A DNA stretch of 34,551 bases, taken from contig CAJGDT010000001.1 of the NCBI GenBank assembly GCA_904502265.1, positions 1 to 34,551 of the forward strand, in the 5' to 3' direction. The notes beneath the pieces were generated by a model. It ran no database searches. It was not told where the DNA came from and saw only the letters and a list, made by a program, of their open reading frames with translations. Every line of letters starts with the position of its first letter. Position 1 is the stretch's first letter. The translations under genes and the position numbers were made by a program. Of this stretch, positions 18,615 through 25,722 are shown piece after piece. Origin of the DNA: an uncultured Barnesiella sp. GTDB lineage: Bacteria > Bacteroidota > Bacteroidia > Bacteroidales > Barnesiellaceae_A.

Positions 18615-19018
18615 GCGTGTATCACCTCCCCTCTGTTGTTGCCATTGCGGCAGTAGCTTACATGTATCCACGCCGGACCTTGGCTATTGCCGCGTTCCCA
18701 TATCAATTGATCGAAGGGCATATTGAGTAAAATGTCAAACAATTTTCGATTTACTTGTGGCGACTCGGTGCATATATCTGCAGCTTCTCCTGTAAGATGT
18801 TGACTATTAGGTACTCCGCCTACACATTTGTTTAGTGTTTTGCTGCGATATCCGCTATTCACGCGAATGGGTTTTCGCAATGTTTCGCGAGCCGGGTCGA
18901 GTATATGCACCGCAAGTGCTGTAAGGTTTTCTGTAACTTCGGGGGTCGGAGTGTTGTCTATATGTAGTTGTCGAGCCAGAGCACTGTCTGTAAGTTCGGC
19001 TATTGTAAAATATTTCAT
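18611..19018 (-). CDS. peptidase M15 family (D-Ala-D-Ala carboxypeptidase-like) phage-type endolysin
   Basis: The start is trimmed to MKYFTIAEL, giving 135 aa. The pattern SGYRS...NKCVGGVPNSQHLTGEAADI...WIHVSY matches the Peptidase_M15_3 zinc-site pattern (H...D...H). It has ATGA overlaps on both sides. Confidence 0.82.
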   Translation of the reverse strand: MKYFTIAELTDSALARQLHIDNTPTPEVTENLTALAVHILDPARETLRKPIRVNSGYRSKTLNKCVGGVPNSQHLTGEAADICTESPQVNRKLFDILLNMPFDQLIWERGNSQGPAWIHVSYCRNGNNRGEVIHA

Positions 19019-19248
19019 ACGCCACCTCCGTTCTTGTCGTCTGTTGTGTGTGTGCGTACTCGGTAGCTGTAGTCTACCCCGAATAAAGCTCCGGCAAAGG
19101 TTACAACTTCGCCAAAAGCAACCAATACACTCTGATGAATTTCGCCCTCGGGATGTGTCCAAAATCCCGAAAATATAAGTACTATACCTGCCAGGCACAT
19201 GACGCATGCTGTGGTGAGGTGGACTGCCAATTTATTTATATTTGTCAT
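19015..19248 (-). CDS. holin-like small membrane protein (2 TM, charged C-terminus)
   Basis: The start is trimmed to MTNINKLAVHL, giving 77 aa. It has two hydrophobic spans (LTTACVMCLAGIVLIFSGFW and SVLVAFGEVVTFAGALFGV), then RVRTHTTDDKNGGGV. It sits immediately upstream of, and is translationally coupled to, the endolysin. Confidence 0.6.
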   Translation of the reverse strand: MTNINKLAVHLTTACVMCLAGIVLIFSGFWTHPEGEIHQSVLVAFGEVVTFAGALFGVDYSYRVRTHTTDDKNGGGV

Positions 19249-19374
19249 ACTCTTATTTTTTACTGCAAAGATGCAATGCAATAAGAGCTGACGAGTGCGA
19301 TAGAGAGAATTTGGGAAATAATATTTTGTTGTAGAATTTTTATAAAAACACTTGCATATATATTTATATGTGTG

Positions 19375-19382
19375 TAAATTTG
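19375..19382 (+). promoter_or_regulatory. Bacteroidota -7 promoter box TAAATTTG upstream of the GrpE-like gene
   Basis: Matches TAnnTTTG and ends 32 nt before the ATG at 19414. Confidence 0.5.
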
Positions 19383-19413
19383 CCATAATAATAACCTTTT
19401 ATTTCTATTTACC

Positions 19414-20220
19414 ATGGGATTATTTGGAAACAATAATGAGAGCGAATTGAGAAGCTTTGAGCAAACTATAGAACGTTTGAAATCGGAGTATGCTTCTCTT
19501 GAGGAAGAAAATAGAGCAAAGGATATCGAGATAGAACGCTTGAAAAAAGTGATAGAAGGTATGGGTGCTCAAGAAGAAAAAGCTTTCCCGACACCTGAGG
19601 TACCTACAGAGGAAGCCCCTGTGAATGTGCCGAGTGTCGATTATACTCCGGCATTAGAGGCACTCAATGCTTCGCTTAACGAGCTCAAGGAGCAAGCCAT
19701 TGCACAAAAGGCCTTGATGGAGGAGCATAAAGTATTGCTCGGATATCGCGACCGACAAGATGACAACATGCGTGCCATGCACAAGGAGTTGGAGCAGTAT
19801 AAGAGTGACTTCTTTGTGAAGATAACTCAACCCTACTTGAAAGCACTGCTTGACTTGCATAGCCGCTTCAATAGCACTTATACACACTTTGATCAACTCG
19901 ACAATTCGGAATGTAACTGGGAGGAGTTGTATGGCAATCTTATGAAGGAGTTTAAGAGCGCCATTATGGCCTTGAGTGACCGTGCATACAACGACTTTGG
20001 TATAGAATACTACGAGCCCGAGATAGGAGAGGAGTTTAATCGCAAGTTGCATCAACAACTGCAAGGCGATTCGGTAGAAACAACCAATCCCGAACTAAAC
20101 ACCAAGATAGCCCAAGTGGTGTGTGGTGGTTTTATCAATATCGACACCGAGAAGGTAGTGCGTTATGCACGTGTGAAAGTGTATAAGTATACCGAGGCAA
20201 CCCCGACAACAGAATCTTAA
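19414..20220 (+). CDS. GrpE-like nucleotide exchange factor (divergent, accessory)
   Basis: 268 aa with an N-terminal coiled-coil (RSFEQTIERLKSEYASLEEENRAKDIEIERLKK) and a Pro/Glu linker. The C-terminal part aligns by eye to the GrpE four-helix bundle and beta domain (...FGIEYYEPEIGEEFNRKLHQQL...VVCGGFINIDTEKVVRYARVKVYK versus GrpE G..FDP..H.A...GY....V.R.A.V.V.K). Confidence 0.7.
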   Translation: MGLFGNNNESELRSFEQTIERLKSEYASLEEENRAKDIEIERLKKVIEGMGAQEEKAFPTPEVPTEEAPVNVPSVDYTPALEALNASLNELKEQAIAQKALMEEHKVLLGYRDRQDDNMRAMHKELEQYKSDFFVKITQPYLKALLDLHSRFNSTYTHFDQLDNSECNWEELYGNLMKEFKSAIMALSDRAYNDFGIEYYEPEIGEEFNRKLHQQLQGDSVETTNPELNTKIAQVVCGGFINIDTEKVVRYARVKVYKYTEATPTTES

Positions 20221-20248
20221 GAGTAAACAAACAAAAATATATAGAACT

Positions 20249-21841
20249 ATGGCAAACGATAAAAGTAGAGCCGTATATGGCATAGACTTGGGTACAACAT
20301 TTAGTTGTATTGCACAAGTAGACCGATATGATCAAGCAGTGGTACTTCGCAACTTCGAAGGCGATGCAACTACTCCTTCGGTAGTGTACATCGAGTCGGA
20401 GAGTAACATGATTGTGGGTAAAGAGGCTAAGAACCAATTGGCTGTGGAGCCCGAAAAGACTGTAGCGTTTATCAAACGCGAGATAGGTAATGATGAGGCT
20501 TTCGACAAGAGCAAGAATACAACACCTATGCACCTCGACCCTGTTGAGATCTCGGCGCTTATTCTTAAGAAACTTGTACAAGATGCCAATAACTTGGGCG
20601 AAAATCCCGAGCCTATCACCGACGTTGTTATTACTTGTCCCGCATACTTTGGTAACAAAGAGCGCTTGCAAACCAAACAAGCCGGTATCAGTGCCGGTCT
20701 CAATGTGTTGGCTATTATCAATGAGCCTACTGCAGCCGCTATCTCGTATGGATTGAAGGTCGACGAGCGTCGCACTATTCTTGTATATGACCTCGGTGGT
20801 GGTACATTCGACGTTACCATTATTGCCGTTAACGGTGGTGCTATCAAGGTTATTGCTACCGGTGGTGACCACCACTTGGGTGGTGTCGACTGGGATACCG
20901 AGTTGGCTAAATATGTGCTCAACACATTCAACTCTCAAAATGGCACTTCTTATGAGTTCGATTCACTCTCGCCCAATGCTCGTTATGAGTTGTTGCTCAA
21001 TGCCGAGAACTGGAAGAAGAACCTTACTGCCAAGCAAAAGGTTAAGATTAACTTCTCGTATGAAGGTAAATCGGTTAACTTTGAACTTCCTCGTGAGACA
21101 TTTAATGCCATTACCGAGGATCGCTTGAATGAGACTATCGATGCAACACGCAAGATTATCGAGCTTGCTGAGGAGAAGGGCTATAAGAAAATCGACGAGA
21201 TTATCCTTGTAGGTGGTAGTAGTAAGATGCCTCAAATCAAGGATCGCGTAGAGGCTGAGTTTGGCTTGCCTACTCACATTACCGACCCCGACGAGTGTGT
21301 GGCTAAGGGTGCTGCTATCTTTGCCATGAACGAGGCTTATGATGCTGCCTTGAAGAAATCGGAGGAAGAGGGTACTAAGGCTCCCGAACCTCTCATGACC
21401 AAGCGTACTCGCGTAGTTAATGTAACAAGTAAGACCTACGGCCTTGGTCTTATCGATAACCAAGTGGGTAACATGATTTTTGCCAACACAACATTGCCCG
21501 TATCGCGCACTCGTGTGTTTGAGACAGTACGCGACGGTCAAACCGGTGTAACATTGCCCATCTACGAGAGTGACTTTACCGATGAGGAGAAAGACCAAAC
21601 TGTTGAAGACCGCTTCTGTAACTTGGCTACCGAGGATATATCGGAATTGAAGTTGACAGGCAACCACCCCAAAGGAACCGAGATTAAGGTTACATTCAGC
21701 ATTAGCGAAGAGGGTATCCTCAGTGTTAACGCTACTCGCGAAAGCGATGTAATAGACTTCCAATTGAAGGTGGCAGGTGTGAAGAGTGAAGATGAGTTGA
21801 GAAAGTCTCAAAACTTCATTGCTAACGCCACTGTTGAATAA
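20249..21841 (+). CDS. Hsp70 family protein, lidless (HscC-like length), accessory paralog
   Basis: 530 aa with the full actin-like NBD (GIDLGTTFS, DLGGGTFDV, LVGGSSKMPQI) and an SBD-beta region. It ends without the alpha-helical lid or an EEVD-type tail. Confidence 0.92.
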   Translation: MANDKSRAVYGIDLGTTFSCIAQVDRYDQAVVLRNFEGDATTPSVVYIESESNMIVGKEAKNQLAVEPEKTVAFIKREIGNDEAFDKSKNTTPMHLDPVEISALILKKLVQDANNLGENPEPITDVVITCPAYFGNKERLQTKQAGISAGLNVLAIINEPTAAAISYGLKVDERRTILVYDLGGGTFDVTIIAVNGGAIKVIATGGDHHLGGVDWDTELAKYVLNTFNSQNGTSYEFDSLSPNARYELLLNAENWKKNLTAKQKVKINFSYEGKSVNFELPRETFNAITEDRLNETIDATRKIIELAEEKGYKKIDEIILVGGSSKMPQIKDRVEAEFGLPTHITDPDECVAKGAAIFAMNEAYDAALKKSEEEGTKAPEPLMTKRTRVVNVTSKTYGLGLIDNQVGNMIFANTTLPVSRTRVFETVRDGQTGVTLPIYESDFTDEEKDQTVEDRFCNLATEDISELKLTGNHPKGTEIKVTFSISEEGILSVNATRESDVIDFQLKVAGVKSEDELRKSQNFIANATVE

Positions 21842-21867
21842 GAAATATTATACCCTACCCATAGAGG

Positions 21868-21887
21868 TTGTGTCACATGTGACACAA
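21868..21887. promoter_or_regulatory. perfect 20-bp palindrome TTGTGTCACATGTGACACAA in the Hsp70 / 840-aa gene spacer
   Basis: Self-complementary over 21868-21887. It could be an operator or an intra-operon RNA hairpin. Confidence 0.5.
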
Positions 21888-21909
21888 GCTTGTGTTTGAA
21901 TATATATAG

Positions 21910-24432
21910 ATGGATAAGACACTTCTAAAGCAGAAAGTTGCCGAGTGGGAGAAGGCATGCAGTTTCTTTGCCACCCCCGACATTGTTAAGCAGCTCGATA
22001 AAGACGAGAACGAGGCAATTGTATTTCTGAGCAACTTCTGGCGTGACAAAGAGTTTGACAAGGAGGCATGCCAAAAGCGTATCGACCTACTCAAGCATTG
22101 CGATAAATTGCACTCGAACAATCGTGAGATTATCGAAAAGAGCAAGACTCTGCGAGGTATTGCTCAGACATTTTATACCAAGGATTTCGCATCGTTTGAC
22201 GAGTTTCGCAAAGAGTTGGGATGGACGCCGGGAACAAAGAAAGCTCCTATACCCGAGCCTAAGAAGGCGCCTGTGCCTACTCCCAAGCCCGACTCTACGC
22301 CGCAACATGACGAGGCTCTGATAGCTACTAATGTACAGAAGTGGTCGCGTTCATTGCAGTTCCTTAAGAGTGAGGAGATCACGCCACAGCTCGACACCGC
22401 CGAGATTACGGCTATTGAGGTGCTGAGCGATATGTGGCGACGTCCTTCATTTCAGCCTGATATGAAGGAGGAGGCTGCCGATATGGTAAAGGTGTTGATA
22501 AGCTCGCACAAGTTGCACTCGAACAATCGCGAGATTATTGAACATAGCAAGAACTTATGTGCGGTGGCGCGTAAGATGTATGATGATAAGAAGAACTTCG
22601 ATATCTACAAGAAAGCCCTTTCGGAGTATTATAAAAATAATAAACCTCCTCGTCGCGAGCAGCCTGTTCCTGAGAAGAAAAAGAAGCCGATACCTCAATC
22701 ACCTCGTAGAGATAGCGAGTTGATTATACGCGATGTGCTCTTTGCCGATACAACCTACAACAATGAGATTATCAAGGACTTTGGCAAGGTGCTCTTTACC
22801 AATACGCAGTATATAGTGCCTCGCCTGTCAGTGTCGAGCGAGTACTATGGTACTGAGACGATAGAGGTAATCTTGAAATATCCCAATGGCGAAACTTGTA
22901 GCTATGATACCGAAGTGACATTCAGCGGTAAGGGCGATTATACATTGTCGGGTTGGGGTAGCAAGAGTGGAACATCGTATGCATCATACGGTTTCGTTGA
23001 GTACACCTTCAAGTGCAAGGGTAAGAAGTTGTGGCAAGGTCATGTTACCATAGGTCGCGACGCTAACAGCCCACGCTTGCCTGAGATATCGACTGTTAAG
23101 TTTGGTGCAGTTGATTACGACGGTAACATCAAGGTGAACTTTGGCTCGCCCATTCCTACCGGTATACCCTACTTGAAGCCTCGCATTGTGGTGTCGAACA
23201 ACTTCCGTGGTGCGGTTACTATCAATATAACCTTTGAGTATAAGGATAAGGATGCCGATCGTACATCGAGCGAAATCAGTATCCAAGGCCCCGGCGAATA
23301 CGACTTGACGGGTTGGGGTCGTCGTGATTGTACCTATTGGAAAGAGAATGAGACTGTGAAGGTTACCTTTAGTTGTGAGGGTAAAGTGCTCTATACGACT
23401 AATGTGAAAATTGGTTCGGGCGGTGGCTGGAGTCCCAAGAAGACTTATAATACACCGCATCGACGCAGTAGCTCGGGCGACTCATTGTGGGCACGTTTTG
23501 ATGATAAGATTCGCTCTATAGGTGAGAGGCTGGAGGATAGTAATGAGATATTGACATCAATAATTTCTGTTATTCTCTTTTTGGGCTTGGCAGCCGGTGT
23601 AGTATTTGAATGGATCGATGAAGGATTTTGGGCTGCCCTTATTACAGGTGCAGTAGGCTTTGTAGTGTTATCGTTTGTTATCGCTATAATGAGCTTTATT
23701 ATGCCAATAATAGTCTTCGTGCTGCAATTGGTGTTTAGGAATGCTTGGACATTCCTTATCGCGCTTATTCTTCTCTTTGGCCCATCGATAGCTGCTCTTG
23801 TGGGTGGCGTGGCGAGTGCTATATTTGCCCGTGATGATAGTGACGAGCAGGTTATTGAGCAAGTAGTAGCAATGCCTACATCAACTTACTATTGCACAGC
23901 GCAATCGGGTGTGATAGTGCGTCAAAGTCCATCGAAAACGGCTACACAATTGGGTGGATTGCAGTATAACGAAGAGGTGGAAGTATATGAAATAGAAAAC
24001 GGATATGCCCGCATCGACTACTATGGTCAAGAGGCTTGGGTCAGCAGCCAATATATTACCATGAGTGAGGGCGAGGCTTTCTTGATTGAAAATGCTAAAC
24101 GTAAAGATGTGAAAATCCTTGCAAGTGGATTACAATATGAGGTAGTGAAGAAGGGAAAAGGCAAGAAACCCTATGCGCATAGTGATATAAAGTGTACCTA
24201 TACCTGCTCGTTGCCCGACGGAACGGTCTTGGATAGCGCTACCGAGCCTATGGAGTTTAACCTGGGTGGTGTGATAAAAGGCTTTGCCGAAGGTGTTATG
24301 CAGATGAAGGAAGGTGCTCGATACATCCTGTATGTGCCGGCCAATTTGGGCTATGGTAATAATGCCGTCGGCAATATACCACCTCACGCTACTGTCATAT
24401 ACGATGTGACGCTTGTAGAGATAGTAGACTGA
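21910..24432 (+). CDS. multidomain membrane protein: 2x J-like helical modules, 2x beta-rich repeats, TM bundle, SH3b, FKBP-type PPIase
   Basis: 840 aa with internal duplications (aa ~25-100 versus ~160-245; aa ~270-382 versus ~390-502). A hydrophobic block spans aa ~547-640. There is an SH3b-like segment (YYCTAQSGVIVRQSPS...GYARIDYYGQEAWVSSQYI) and a C-terminal Mip/FklB-type FKBP domain (LASGLQYEVVKKGKG...FNLGGVIKGFAEGVMQMKEGARYILYVPANLGYG...VIYDVTLVEI). Confidence 0.85.
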   Translation: MDKTLLKQKVAEWEKACSFFATPDIVKQLDKDENEAIVFLSNFWRDKEFDKEACQKRIDLLKHCDKLHSNNREIIEKSKTLRGIAQTFYTKDFASFDEFRKELGWTPGTKKAPIPEPKKAPVPTPKPDSTPQHDEALIATNVQKWSRSLQFLKSEEITPQLDTAEITAIEVLSDMWRRPSFQPDMKEEAADMVKVLISSHKLHSNNREIIEHSKNLCAVARKMYDDKKNFDIYKKALSEYYKNNKPPRREQPVPEKKKKPIPQSPRRDSELIIRDVLFADTTYNNEIIKDFGKVLFTNTQYIVPRLSVSSEYYGTETIEVILKYPNGETCSYDTEVTFSGKGDYTLSGWGSKSGTSYASYGFVEYTFKCKGKKLWQGHVTIGRDANSPRLPEISTVKFGAVDYDGNIKVNFGSPIPTGIPYLKPRIVVSNNFRGAVTINITFEYKDKDADRTSSEISIQGPGEYDLTGWGRRDCTYWKENETVKVTFSCEGKVLYTTNVKIGSGGGWSPKKTYNTPHRRSSSGDSLWARFDDKIRSIGERLEDSNEILTSIISVILFLGLAAGVVFEWIDEGFWAALITGAVGFVVLSFVIAIMSFIMPIIVFVLQLVFRNAWTFLIALILLFGPSIAALVGGVASAIFARDDSDEQVIEQVVAMPTSTYYCTAQSGVIVRQSPSKTATQLGGLQYNEEVEVYEIENGYARIDYYGQEAWVSSQYITMSEGEAFLIENAKRKDVKILASGLQYEVVKKGKGKKPYAHSDIKCTYTCSLPDGTVLDSATEPMEFNLGGVIKGFAEGVMQMKEGARYILYVPANLGYGNNAVGNIPPHATVIYDVTLVEIVD

Positions 24433-24460
24433 TAGTCGTTGCGTAGTGCTCCGGATACAG

Positions 24461-24496
24461 ACAAGGCAGAGTAACCATTTGGTTGCTCTGCCTTGT
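24461..24496. terminator. bidirectional terminator hairpin
   Basis: acaaggcagagtaacc-attt-ggttgctctgccttgt forms a 16-bp stem (one G:U) between convergent stops at 24432 and 24517. Confidence 0.8.
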
Positions 24497-24516
24497 TTAT
24501 AGTGGATGTTATATCT

Positions 24517-25623
24517 TTAGTGATTCAACTCAACCTTTTGGGTAGCGGGTTGGGTCTCGTTGCGGTGGTTCACGGCATTAATGACCTCAGTAGCAAGCAT
24601 GCGGAAGGCTAAACCTGATGCGGTGTCGTCGAGTGCTACGGGATGACCGGCATCACCACCATCGCAGATGCTTTGTACCAAGGGTATCTGACCGAGCAGT
24701 GCTACGCCCATCTCTTCGGCAAGGCGCTTACCTCCTTCTCGGCCAAAGATATAGTAGCGATTCTCGGGCAACTCGGCAGGTGTAAACCAACTCATGTTCT
24801 CGACCAAGCCGAGGATGGGTACATTCACCTTATCGCCCATAAACATGCTAATACCCTTGCGAGCATCGGCCAACGCTACTTCTTGCGGTGTTGTAACCAC
24901 GATAGCTCCGGTGATACCCAATGTCTGTACAAGGGTGAGGTGGATGTCGCTTGTGCCGGGAGGAAGGTCAAGTACGAAGAAGTCCAGTTCGTCCCATGCA
25001 GCATCAGTGATGAGTTGTTTCAGTGCGTTGCTGGCCATACCGCCGCGCCACAATACGGCATCTTCTTTGTTTACAAAAAATCCGATAGAAAGCACTTTAA
25101 CACCGTACTTTTCGATGGGTACAATGTAGCTGTGACCGTTGCGCTCTTCGGCATATACTTTTTCGTCTTCGATATCAAACATCTTGGGAGCTGAAGGACC
25201 GAAGATGTCGGCGTCGAGCAAACCTACCTTATAGCCCGACATGGCAAGTGCCACAGCGAGGTTTGAAGCTACAGTAGATTTTCCTACGCCACCTTTGCCC
25301 GACGATACGGCGATGATATTCTTGACACCGGGTAGGGGATTTTCGCGAGTGGGACGTGCTGCTACACGGAATTTTACACCAATGTTGCCTTGTATCTCTA
25401 CATCGGGGGCAACAAATGTGAGGATGGCAGCCTCGGCGGCTTTTACAACTGAACGGATGAAGGGGTCATTCTCTTTGTCGAAAATGAGTGTAAAACTCAC
25501 CTTGCGACCGTCGATGCGAATGTCGTCCTCAATCATGTCGTTCTCGACAAGGCTCTTGCCATTGCCGGGATAACGCACCTGCGATAGTGCGTCGGTAATG
25601 AGTGTGGGGTATAGAGTATCCAT
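24517..25623 (-). CDS. mrp: Mrp/NBP35/ApbC family Fe-S cluster carrier ATPase
   Basis: 368 aa with an N-terminal DUF59-like domain, the deviant Walker A SGKGGVGKST, and a C-terminal CxxC-type region. Confidence 0.92.
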   Translation of the reverse strand: MDTLYPTLITDALSQVRYPGNGKSLVENDMIEDDIRIDGRKVSFTLIFDKENDPFIRSVVKAAEAAILTFVAPDVEIQGNIGVKFRVAARPTRENPLPGVKNIIAVSSGKGGVGKSTVASNLAVALAMSGYKVGLLDADIFGPSAPKMFDIEDEKVYAEERNGHSYIVPIEKYGVKVLSIGFFVNKEDAVLWRGGMASNALKQLITDAAWDELDFFVLDLPPGTSDIHLTLVQTLGITGAIVVTTPQEVALADARKGISMFMGDKVNVPILGLVENMSWFTPAELPENRYYIFGREGGKRLAEEMGVALLGQIPLVQSICDGGDAGHPVALDDTASGLAFRMLATEVINAVNHRNETQPATQKVELNH

Positions 25624-25650
25624 ACTGAATTAATCTTTATTATTGTGTCA

Positions 25651-25658
25651 CAAAGGTA
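25651..25658 (-). promoter_or_regulatory. Bacteroidota -7 promoter box TACCTTTG upstream of mrp
   Basis: The reverse complement of caaaggta lies 28 nt upstream of the ATG at 25623. Confidence 0.5.
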
Positions 25659-25659
25659 G

Positions 25660-25697
25660 TAAAAAAAACGATATGCACCGCGGTGGCGCATATCGTT
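25660..25697 (-). terminator. rho-independent terminator after pgi
   Basis: A GC-rich hairpin acgatatgcaccgc/ggtggcgcatatcgt. The minus strand is followed by TTTTTTTT (rc of 25661-25668). Confidence 0.7.
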
Positions 25698-25722
25698 GTA
25701 TTGTTATAATAGTATAAAGCTA

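Noticed and set aside
16573-19248. Prophage or integrative element at tRNA-Tyr
   Set aside because: There is no integrase, no direct repeat of the tRNA 3' end, and no structural phage genes. ribH and the TPR gene lie between the tRNA and the lysis cassette.
20135-21811. Minus-strand ORFs of 267, 199 and 282 aa
   Set aside because: Antisense to the Hsp70 gene, whose plus-strand translation has unmistakable Hsp70 motifs.
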